Origin: Dehalococcoidia bacterium
Lineage (GTDB): Bacteria > Chloroflexota > Dehalococcoidia > UBA2979
Assembly: GCA_965262725.1 (NCBI GenBank)
Contig: OZ253555.1
Span: 2,144,001-2,208,000, forward strand
Length of the DNA: 64,000 nt
Direction of reading: 5' to 3'
The number at the start of each line of letters is the position of its first letter. Position 1 is the first letter of the stretch. Positions 18,319 through 26,874 of the stretch are shown in pieces. A model generated the notes under the pieces. The model was not told where the DNA came from, made no database searches, and saw nothing but the letters and a program-made list of their open reading frames with translations. The position numbers and the translations under genes are program-made.

Positions 18319-21300
18319 GTGAGACCGGGAGCGGCACCGCGGTACGGAACCCTGGGCGCCCTCCTGCTGGCGCTTGTGCTCATCGCCGGCCCCGCTCCAG
18401 CCTCCGCCAATGCCGGCGCCGCTACCGGCACCGTCGACGTGCACGTGCGCGTCTGGCAGGACGTGAGCGACCCCCTGCGCCTCTTCATCAGCGCTCGCCC
18501 CGCGGGTGGCCGCTGGGACACGCTGGGGACCATTCGCCTCCTCCTCGACGACGGGCTCAGCAGCAGCCGCGACGACCGCTTCGGCGACGTCACGGTCGAC
18601 GGCGTGGAGGTTCGCGTCTCGCAGCACGTGCACGAGCCGTTTCGGATCCACGTCGGCGCGCGCGTCACGGGCGGCGACCGGGACGCGCTGGGAGAGATCC
18701 GCCTCCTCCTCGACGACGGGCACAGCCCCGGCGGGCACTACCGCTACGGCGACATCACGCTCCGCGTGCCCGTCCCCGACCCCGGTCCCCCCGTGACCGT
18801 CTCGCCCGGCGGCGAGGACGTGCCGCGCCTCGCAGCCCTGACGATCGCCTTCCGCGATCCTCCGCCCCGGGCAGACGGCGGCTCGCTCGTCTCCATCGAT
18901 CCGCCCATCGAGGGCTCGTTCGCCTGGCTCGACGACCGCACGCTGCTCTTCCAGCCGGACTTCCCCGGGTGGCAGCGCGGCCAGGCGTACCGGGTCGTCG
19001 TGGACGCCGGCGCGGCGGGCCTTGCGGCCGACCACGTGCACGCGTTCACCGCCGAGGGCCGGCTCGAGGTCTCCTACGTCATACCGGGGGACGGGGACGA
19101 AGAGGTCCCCGCGAGCGCCCGGATCCTCGTCCAGTTCAGCCGCTCGGTGGCGCCCCTGACGGTGTTGCAGGAGGGCCCCGCGCCTGCGGTGCTCGAGTTC
19201 GACCCGCCGCTTGCGGGTCGGGGCGAGTGGCTCAACACCTCGCTCTACCGCTTCATCCCGACCGATCTCCGGCCGCACACGGAGTACACCGTGCGCGTCC
19301 GCTCAGGCCTGACCTCCGCCTCGGACGGAGTGCTCGGCTCCGACTACAGCTGGAGCTTCACGACGATCCAGCCTGCCGTCGCGGGCTTCGAGCCCCAGGA
19401 CGGCGCCATCCACGTGGAGCCGGATGCCCACGTCGTCGTGACCTTCAACCAGCCGATGGACCACTCCTCCGTGGAGGCGGGACTCTCGCTCAGCGAGGCG
19501 TCCGGGGAGGCGCCGAAGGAACCGATCGCGAGCTCGTTCGCGTGGAGTGAGGACTCCACCGTGGTCACGCTCATCCCCGACGAGCCGCTCGCGCTCGGCA
19601 CCGACTACGAGGTGGTCGCCCGGGGCGGCCTCAGCGGCGCCGACGGCGGTGCGACGCTGGCCGAGCGCTCGTCCGGCTTCAGGACCGTCCATCCGCCGCG
19701 GATCACCGGCACCTCTCCTCAGGACGGCGAGGAGAACGCGTACTGCTGCACCATCCGCATCTCCTACAACAACCCGATGGACCGCGAGTCCTTCCCCGGG
19801 CGCATCCTGGTCAACGGCTCCCCCGTCGAGGAACGCTCCTTGGGGAGGAGCGACAGCGCGGTCCGGATCTACGGCGCAGTCCAGCCCGGGGGCCACTACA
19901 CGGTGCGACTCGAGGAGGGGGTTCGCGACCGTGGCGGGCGGGTCCTCCCGGCCTACGAGTTCTCCTTCACCACGCGTCCCCCGCGCGTCGCTCTCCGCCT
20001 CCAGGCCGGGGACGCCGTCGCGATCTTCCCGTCGGGCGACGAGCAGATCCTGGAGTACCTCGCGACGAGCGCAGAGGAGGTCCAATTCCTGCTGCACCGG
20101 CTCTCAGGCGAGGAGGCCGACGCCCTCCTGCGCCGGGGCTTCATCGACGACGACTTCGCGCCCGGCAGCGTTCCGATCCGGGAGTGGACGGAGGCGATCG
20201 ACGACGACGACGAAGACGGCGGCACGCCGAGGGTCCGCGCCACCTCCCTCGGGGGCGGCGAGCCGCTGGCGGAGGACCACTACCTCCTGAGCGCGACGGC
20301 GCTGGGACCGATCAGGGATGACCGGGATCCGGAGAATCTTCCGCCGTCCCTGCGTGGCGCGCTCCCGGATCCGACGTGGGGGCGGGACTCCTCCCGGCGT
20401 GAGCTCGTGCTCAGCGTCGTGGACACGACGATCGTGACCAAGCTCGCCCACGACGAGCTGCTCGTGTGGGCGCTCGACTACGAGAGCGGGGAGCCGCTCG
20501 CCCACGTGGAGGTGCGCGCCGTTTCCGCCGGGGATCCCCCCTACAGCACCGCCGGGAGCGAGGTCACGGACGAAGACGGGCTCGCGCGGTTCGCCATTCC
20601 CCCCGAACGCGGCCACTACTGGAGTCCCTACGGCGACTACCTGGTCCGCATCGACGGTGGCGGTCGCACCGGCGTGGCGCTCACCTGGTGGGAGAGCGGA
20701 AGCCGTCCGTATCGCCTGGGGGTGCCCGTCTCCGGGTACTTCGCCGGGCCGCTGGGCCATCTCTACACCGAGCGGCCCATCTACCGGCCGGGCGAGACCG
20801 TCTTCTACAAGGGCGTCGTGCGCGAGGACGACGACGCCTCCTACTCCGTGCCCGATCCCGGCTCGGAGTTCACCGTCCGGATCCGCGACCCGCGCTACCG
20901 CTGGCTGACGGAGACGAGCGCTCCCGTCAACGCGCTCGGCGCCTTCGTCGGGGAACTCCCGCTTCCGGCCAACGCCCCCACCGGCAGGTACTCGATCTGG
21001 TTGCGTGACGGCGGGGGACGCCACGTCACGTCGACGTCCTTCACCGTGGCCGAGTTCCGCGCCCCCGAGTTCGAGGTCGACGTGGAGGCGGCCTCCGCGA
21101 GCTACATCGCCGGCGAGCAGATCGCGATCGAGGCGGAGGCACGCTTCTTCTTCGGGGGTCCCGTCGTGGATGCGGACGTCACCTGGGCGGCGCACTCCTC
21201 GCCGACGTTCTTCCGGGCCGAGGGCTACGAGGGCTACTCCTTCTCCGAGTACCGCCGGAGCGACGTGGATCCCCGGCGCGCGCGTGGCAGCGCTAAGACG

Positions 21301-24300
21301 GACGAGGCGGGTTCTGCCGAGATCGACGTCCCCTCGGTCCTCGAGACCGGCGAGGGGACGCAGCTCTTCACGATCAGCACGACCGTGACCGATCAGAGCG
21401 CGCAGGCCGTGGCGGGGAGCACGACGGTCACGGTCCACCCCGCCGCCTGGTACGCGGGTATCCGGACCGACTCCTACGTCGCCACGGCCGGCGAGCCGGT
21501 GACGGTCCGCCTCGTCACCGTCGACACCGCCGGACGGGCGGCGCCGGACCGGCCGGTCACGGTGCGCACCGTCGAGCGCGAGTGGATCACGACGCTCGAG
21601 AAGACGGAGGGCGGCGACTACCGCTACCGGAGCGAGCTGCGCGAGACCGAGGTCGAGGTGCGCTCCGTCACGACCGGCGAGGACGGCGAGACGTCGACGG
21701 CGTTCACGCCGCCGTCGGCGGGGAGCTACCTGCTCGTCGCCGAGTCGACCGACGAGCAGGGGCGCGTGGCGCGCTCGGCCCGCTCGCTGTGGGTGAGCGG
21801 CTCGGGGCACGCGCGGTGGTTCGTGCGCGACGACAACCGTATCGAGCTCGTCGCCGACCGTGAGAGCTACGAGGTCGGTGACGTCGCCCGGGTGCTCGTC
21901 CCCGCCCCCTTCGCGGGTGCGACGGGCCTCGTCACCGTCGAGCGCGGGCGTGTGCTGAGCGCCGAGGTCCGCACCTTCGACACCAACAGCGAGGTGCTGC
22001 TCATCCCCATCGAGCAGGGCCACCTGCCCAACGTCTACGTCGGCGTCGTCCTCTACCGGCCCCCCACCGAGGAGGATCCGCTGCCGCGCTACCGCATCGG
22101 TTACGTCAACCTCCCGGTCGCGACGGATCCGGTCGCGCTCGACGTGCGCGTCGAGCCGGATCGGGAGCAGGCGATCCCGGGAGAGACGGTGCGCTACGAC
22201 GTCCACGTCACCGACTCCGAGGGACGCGGCGTCGCGGCCGAGGTCTCGGTCGCGATCGTCGACGAGGCGGTCCTCTCGCTGGCGGCTGAGGTGGGCCCGG
22301 ACGGCCTGGGTGCGTTCTGGAGCGAGCGCCCGCTCGGTGTCAGGACGGCATGGTCGCGCGCGCCGGCGGAGCGCCAGGGCGGGGGCGACTCCGACATGGC
22401 GGTCGCCGAACCGGCCGCCGCCCCGGCCGCCGCCCGGGCCGAGTCGGCCGCGCCCGGGGATGACGCCGCGCGCATCCGCTCCGACTTCCGGTACACGGCA
22501 CTGTGGCTGGGGCAGCTCACGACCGATGCGGATGGCCGGGCCAGCTTCGAGCTGGAACTCCCCGACAACGCGACGACGTGGCGGGCCACGGCGCGGGCCG
22601 TCACCACCGAGACGCAGGTCGGCCGGGGTGAGAGCGAGCTCCTGGTCACGCAGCCGCTGCTGGTGCGACCGGCCCTTCCCCGTTTCCTGCGCGTCGGCGA
22701 TCAGGTCTCGCTGCGCACGCTCGTCCGGAACGGCACGCAGGAGGCACGGGACCTGGTGGTCACGATCGAGGCGGAGGGCGTGGTCCTCGACGCGGACGCC
22801 ACGCAGTCGGCGACGGTCGAGTCAGGCGACTCCGTCCTCTTCTCCTGGCCCGCCCGCGCCGTCTCCGAGGGCACGGCCACGGTGCGCTTCCGCGCGACCG
22901 CCACCGGCGGCTACGGCGACGCGGTCGAGCTGAGCCTTCCCGTCTACCTCGACGTGACGCCTGAGACGACGGCGACCGGGGGCGTCGTCGACGATTCCCC
23001 CGTCATCGAGGCGCTCTACCTGCCGGACTACGTCATCACCGGGCAGGGCTCGCTCGAGATCTCGCTCCAGGGGTCGCTGGTGGGCGCGCTCGATGAGGAG
23101 CTGCGTGCCTTCAGGCCCTACACGTGGGAGTCGAACGAGAGGATCGCGAGCCGCGTCGTCGCCACCGTCGCCGTCTCGCGCGCGAGCCCGAATGGCCTGA
23201 CGGAGGCGCAGGAGAGCCAGCTTCGGGCCGACATCGAGAGCCTCGCCGGGGCGCAGAACTACGACGGCGGCTGGGCCTGGTGCCGCGAGTGCTCGGGGAC
23301 GAACATCTGGGTCACCGGCTGGGTGCTGCTCGCCTTCGGGGAGGCGCGGGACGCCGGGTACGCCGTCCCGGGGCACGAGTACTCGCGCACCGTGGACCTC
23401 ATCACGGAGCACGTGAGCCGCGAGACGGACGTCGAGCGCCCCGCAGACCCCAACCAGCACGCCTTCCTGCTCTACGCGCTCGCGAGCGCCGCGAACGAGG
23501 GCGGAACGGTGAGCGACCTCGCCAGGGAGCAGGCCGCCATCGGGCGAGAGCTCGTGAACGAGCAGAGGGCGCAGCTTGCGAATTGGGGCCGGGCCTACGC
23601 GCTGCTCGCTCTCCTCGCGAGCGGCCACGACCCGGGCGACGGGGCGGTGCGAGCTCTCCTGAACGACCTGGCCGCGAGCACCGTCGCGAGCGCGAACGGC
23701 AACCACTGGGAGGATCCGCACGTGCCCGGGTCGATGCACAACACGAGCGTCCGCGCGACCGCGCTCGTGCTGCGCGCCCTGACCGAGGCCGCCCCGCGGC
23801 ATCCCCTCATCGAGGAGACCGTCCGCTGGCTCGTGCTGGCGCGCTCCGAGAGGCGCTGGAAGACGTCGGTGGAGCGGGCGCAGGGCATGGCCTCCCTCGG
23901 GGCGTTCGCGGAGCTCACCGGCGAGACCCGCGGCGCCTACGACTACCAGGTGCTGCTCAACACCCGGCGCGTCCTCGACGGCGACTTCGACGTGCCGGCG
24001 GGCGACCGCTCAGACGGTGTCGCGCTGCCCCTCGGGCAGCTGCCGGTAGGCGAGGTGAGCCTGGTGCAGATCGGGCGGGGCACCGGCCAGGAGGGTCGCC
24101 TCTACTACGCCCTCAACCTGCGCTACGTCACGCCCGCGAAGGAGATCGGGGCGCTCAACCGCGGCTTCGCCGTCTCGCGGCGCTACTCGCTGCTGGGCGA
24201 CCCGGAGACGCCCGTCACCGGCGCCTCGCCGGGAGACATCGTGCGCGTGACGGTGACCGTGGTCGCCCCCGCCGATCGCCTCTTCGCCCGCGTCGAGGAC

Positions 24301-24669
24301 TTCCTGCCCGCCGGCCTCGAGCCCGTCGACCCGCGGCTCGACATCGTGCCGGAGTGGCTCAGGGATCAGCTGCGGCGCGAGCAGGCGGAGGCGCGCCAGA
24401 GGAATGCCCCCTCCTACGTCGCGCCGTGGTACGGCTGGTACTACAACCCCTGGGACCAGGTGGATCTCCGCGACGACCGGCTCGTCCTGCTCGCGTCCCG
24501 GCTGCCCGAGGGCGTCCACGAGTACGTCTACTACGCCCGGGCGACCACGCCCGGCGACTTCTTCGTGGCCCCCGCGCGCGGCGAGGAGACCTACCTCCCC
24601 GAGGTCTTCGGCCGCAGCGACAGCGGCCGCTTCGCGGTCGCGGAGACCGGGCAGGGATCCGCGCCGTGA
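18319..24669 (+). CDS. Alpha-2-macroglobulin-family protein with N-terminal Ig-like (Big_5) domains
   Basis: 2116 aa; signal peptide; YTERPIYRPGETV, FTVAEFRAPEFEV, VAIVDEAVLSL, LPDNATTWRATA, LPRFLRVGD, QNYDGGWAW, YYARATTPGDF, YLPEVFGRS. Confidence 0.93.
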   Translation: MRPGAAPRYGTLGALLLALVLIAGPAPASANAGAATGTVDVHVRVWQDVSDPLRLFISARPAGGRWDTLGTIRLLLDDGLSSSRDDRFGDVTVDGVEVRVSQHVHEPFRIHVGARVTGGDRDALGEIRLLLDDGHSPGGHYRYGDITLRVPVPDPGPPVTVSPGGEDVPRLAALTIAFRDPPPRADGGSLVSIDPPIEGSFAWLDDRTLLFQPDFPGWQRGQAYRVVVDAGAAGLAADHVHAFTAEGRLEVSYVIPGDGDEEVPASARILVQFSRSVAPLTVLQEGPAPAVLEFDPPLAGRGEWLNTSLYRFIPTDLRPHTEYTVRVRSGLTSASDGVLGSDYSWSFTTIQPAVAGFEPQDGAIHVEPDAHVVVTFNQPMDHSSVEAGLSLSEASGEAPKEPIASSFAWSEDSTVVTLIPDEPLALGTDYEVVARGGLSGADGGATLAERSSGFRTVHPPRITGTSPQDGEENAYCCTIRISYNNPMDRESFPGRILVNGSPVEERSLGRSDSAVRIYGAVQPGGHYTVRLEEGVRDRGGRVLPAYEFSFTTRPPRVALRLQAGDAVAIFPSGDEQILEYLATSAEEVQFLLHRLSGEEADALLRRGFIDDDFAPGSVPIREWTEAIDDDDEDGGTPRVRATSLGGGEPLAEDHYLLSATALGPIRDDRDPENLPPSLRGALPDPTWGRDSSRRELVLSVVDTTIVTKLAHDELLVWALDYESGEPLAHVEVRAVSAGDPPYSTAGSEVTDEDGLARFAIPPERGHYWSPYGDYLVRIDGGGRTGVALTWWESGSRPYRLGVPVSGYFAGPLGHLYTERPIYRPGETVFYKGVVREDDDASYSVPDPGSEFTVRIRDPRYRWLTETSAPVNALGAFVGELPLPANAPTGRYSIWLRDGGGRHVTSTSFTVAEFRAPEFEVDVEAASASYIAGEQIAIEAEARFFFGGPVVDADVTWAAHSSPTFFRAEGYEGYSFSEYRRSDVDPRRARGSAKTDEAGSAEIDVPSVLETGEGTQLFTISTTVTDQSAQAVAGSTTVTVHPAAWYAGIRTDSYVATAGEPVTVRLVTVDTAGRAAPDRPVTVRTVEREWITTLEKTEGGDYRYRSELRETEVEVRSVTTGEDGETSTAFTPPSAGSYLLVAESTDEQGRVARSARSLWVSGSGHARWFVRDDNRIELVADRESYEVGDVARVLVPAPFAGATGLVTVERGRVLSAEVRTFDTNSEVLLIPIEQGHLPNVYVGVVLYRPPTEEDPLPRYRIGYVNLPVATDPVALDVRVEPDREQAIPGETVRYDVHVTDSEGRGVAAEVSVAIVDEAVLSLAAEVGPDGLGAFWSERPLGVRTAWSRAPAERQGGGDSDMAVAEPAAAPAAARAESAAPGDDAARIRSDFRYTALWLGQLTTDADGRASFELELPDNATTWRATARAVTTETQVGRGESELLVTQPLLVRPALPRFLRVGDQVSLRTLVRNGTQEARDLVVTIEAEGVVLDADATQSATVESGDSVLFSWPARAVSEGTATVRFRATATGGYGDAVELSLPVYLDVTPETTATGGVVDDSPVIEALYLPDYVITGQGSLEISLQGSLVGALDEELRAFRPYTWESNERIASRVVATVAVSRASPNGLTEAQESQLRADIESLAGAQNYDGGWAWCRECSGTNIWVTGWVLLAFGEARDAGYAVPGHEYSRTVDLITEHVSRETDVERPADPNQHAFLLYALASAANEGGTVSDLAREQAAIGRELVNEQRAQLANWGRAYALLALLASGHDPGDGAVRALLNDLAASTVASANGNHWEDPHVPGSMHNTSVRATALVLRALTEAAPRHPLIEETVRWLVLARSERRWKTSVERAQGMASLGAFAELTGETRGAYDYQVLLNTRRVLDGDFDVPAGDRSDGVALPLGQLPVGEVSLVQIGRGTGQEGRLYYALNLRYVTPAKEIGALNRGFAVSRRYSLLGDPETPVTGASPGDIVRVTVTVVAPADRLFARVEDFLPAGLEPVDPRLDIVPEWLRDQLRREQAEARQRNAPSYVAPWYGWYYNPWDQVDLRDDRLVLLASRLPEGVHEYVYYARATTPGDFFVAPARGEETYLPEVFGRSDSGRFAVAETGQGSAP

Positions 24670-24765
24670 CGGCCTTCCCCGCCGCGCGGGGAGGCGGCGC
24701 AGGAGGGTCGGTTCCTCAGGGCCCGTTCCCAGTCGCCGTGGCCGGGGCCCGCGCCGCCGGCGTGC

Positions 24766-24918
24766 TCACTCGCCGCTCGGCCCCGCCTCGAGCGCGCCGG
24801 CGGGCTCCTCCGCCGAAGGACGCGCGATGGCGCTGATCCCGAGTCCCAGGCGCGCACGCCAGCGCGGCGCCGGCGAGCACCACGCTGATGAGGATCGGGG
24901 CGTGCAGGCCCAGGCGTA
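24766..24918 (-). repeat. Displaced, frameshifted copy of the 3' end of the flippase-like gene (24820-24918 matches 25888-25986)
   Basis: acgcgcgatggcgctgatcccgagtcccaggcg...cgtgcaggcccaggcgta aligns over about 99 bp with two 1-bp indels; continues to its own stop at 24766 (..LGLGISAIARPSAEEPAGALEAGPSGE*). Confidence 0.9.
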
Positions 24919-25099
24919 CCCCACAGCGCGTCGCAGGTAGCACTTGCAGATTGTGCAATCCCAGGGCGCCAGCCGATAATCGAACCTGTGAATCACCACT
25001 TTCCATGCACCACCATGGGGCGGGATCGCCACGGTCATTGAGCTACGCTGGGCGGGCCGGGGGGATCTCAGGCGTCGAGAGACATGAGGAGGCCGGGGC

Positions 25100-25729
25100 G
25101 TGATGTGCAACCAGGATGTTCCGTCGGCGGGCGCGCCTCGCCTCTACGAGATGACGATCTCGCTCATGGACGCCGGCGTGGATATCGAGCGGCGCGTGTT
25201 GGTGCCGGAGCACTATACGCTGACCGATTTGCACCTCATTATCCAGGCCGCCATGGGCTGGACTGATGCGCACCTGCATGAGTTCACCTCGCGCGACGGG
25301 ACCATGTACGGCGAACCCCGGCTCGACGAGGCCAACTTTGTCGATGAGGTGCGTGTGCTGCTCGGAGAGGTGCTTCGCGAGCCCGGGGACGCGCTGCGCT
25401 ATGTGTACGACTTCGGTGACTACTGGGTGCACCGCGTCGAACTCGCTGCGATCCGGGCCTCCGACGGGCCGGCTTGGCCTTCCTTGATCGGCGGTCGCGG
25501 CGCATGTCCCCCCGAGGACTGCGGCGGCGGCTCCGCGTACCGGGAATTGTGTGAAGAGCTGGCCAACCCGGACTCACCCGAATACGAGGAGTTCGCGGAG
25601 TGGGCCGCCGAGATGATGATCGACCTCCCGCTCGACGTGCACGCCTTCGACCTCGACGCGGCGATCGAGGCCGTGCGCCGCCTCACGGGAGCCGCTGGTC
25701 GCAGCGGGCCGACCGGGTCCCGCAGCTAG
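25100..25729 (+). CDS. Plasmid pRiA4b ORF-3 family protein
   Basis: TLTDLHLIIQAAMGWTDAHLHEF, YVYDFGDYWVH, GACPPEDCGG. Confidence 0.9.
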   Translation: MMCNQDVPSAGAPRLYEMTISLMDAGVDIERRVLVPEHYTLTDLHLIIQAAMGWTDAHLHEFTSRDGTMYGEPRLDEANFVDEVRVLLGEVLREPGDALRYVYDFGDYWVHRVELAAIRASDGPAWPSLIGGRGACPPEDCGGGSAYRELCEELANPDSPEYEEFAEWAAEMMIDLPLDVHAFDLDAAIEAVRRLTGAAGRSGPTGSRS

Positions 25730-25803
25730 CTACCCGAGCGAGCGCTGCTGGCGTGGCCGGGGCGGCGGCATCCCGCCGGGCGCTCGCCGGCACCCCCGAT
25801 GAA

Positions 25804-26874
25804 TCACGTAACGTGATGACCGTTGTCGGGACGGCCAGCGGTGGGTCTTCCCGTTCCGTTCCCGGGGCGAGTGTCCTCCCTCGGGGCACGCGCGATGGCG
25901 GTGATCCCGAGGCCCAGGCGCCACGCCAGCGCGGCGCCGGCGAGCACCACGCTGACGAGGATCAGGGCGTGGAGTCCCAGGGCGTAGGCGGTGGCGTCGG
26001 CCGTGGACACCCCGAAGGCGACTGCGACCTCGCGAGCGAAGAACTCGAAGGGGCCGATCCCCCCGGCGGTGGAGGGAGCGGCGATGGCGAGGTTCGCGGC
26101 GCCGGCGATCGCGAGGTAGATGGGCGCCGGGAGACCGAGCCCGAAGGCGAGCCCTATCAGCCAGTACGAGGCCGCCTCCAGGCCCCAGGACGCAGCCGTC
26201 AGCCAGACGGCCGCCCACCAGTCGCGCGGGCCGCGGAGCGTGGTGAGCCCCGCGAGCAGCCCCGTTGCGATCGCCCGGGCCGCCGGTTGCAGCCTCGGGG
26301 ACAGCAGCCCCGCCAGCCGCTCGAGCATCGCACCGAGCCTCCCGGCCCAGCCCGGCCGCTGCGAGAGCATCACGAGGAGCGCCGTGACGAGCACGAACGC
26401 CCCGAGCCCCGCCGCCGCGAGTAGCCGCAGGGCATCGCTCCCGCCGGCGAGGGCGATCGTGGCGGCGAGGAAGACGGCCAGCACCAGCCCGTCGAGCGCC
26501 CGCTCCACCACGATCGTCCCTATGGCGGCGCTCCGGCTCGTTCCGTGGCTGCGCTTGATGAGGAGCGCGCGCAGCACCTCGCCGGCGCGGGCCGGGAGCA
26601 CGTTGTTGGCGGCGTAGCCGATCACCATCGGTGCGAGGGTCCCCCTGGCCCCGAGGGGGAGCTCCGGCCAGAGGATCCGCCGCCAGCGCGCGGCGCGGAG
26701 CCAGAGCGCCGCGGCGTAGACGGGGAGCGATGCCAGCAGCCAGCGCCCGTCCACGTTCCGGAGTGACTCCCAGAGCTCGTCCCGGTCGACGCCGGCGAAG
26801 AGCAGCCCGAGGAAGAGCGCGCTGACGCCGAGCCCGAGCCAGACCCGCACGCCGCGGCTCCCGGGCACGCTCAC
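25804..26874 (-). CDS. Lysylphosphatidylglycerol-synthase TM / flippase-like membrane protein
   Basis: LRAARW, GYAANNVLPARAGEVLR, VVERALD, PSTAGGIGPFE. GTG overlaps the upstream stop (GTGA). Confidence 0.88.
   Translation of the reverse strand: MSVPGSRGVRVWLGLGVSALFLGLLFAGVDRDELWESLRNVDGRWLLASLPVYAAALWLRAARWRRILWPELPLGARGTLAPMVIGYAANNVLPARAGEVLRALLIKRSHGTSRSAAIGTIVVERALDGLVLAVFLAATIALAGGSDALRLLAAAGLGAFVLVTALLVMLSQRPGWAGRLGAMLERLAGLLSPRLQPAARAIATGLLAGLTTLRGPRDWWAAVWLTAASWGLEAASYWLIGLAFGLGLPAPIYLAIAGAANLAIAAPSTAGGIGPFEFFAREVAVAFGVSTADATAYALGLHALILVSVVLAGAALAWRLGLGITAIARAPREDTRPGNGTGRPTAGRPDNGHHVT

Noticed and set aside
24940-24962. Imperfect palindrome ttgcagattgtgcaa upstream of the pRiA4b-ORF3 gene
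   Set aside because: Single, short occurrence with no identifiable regulator.
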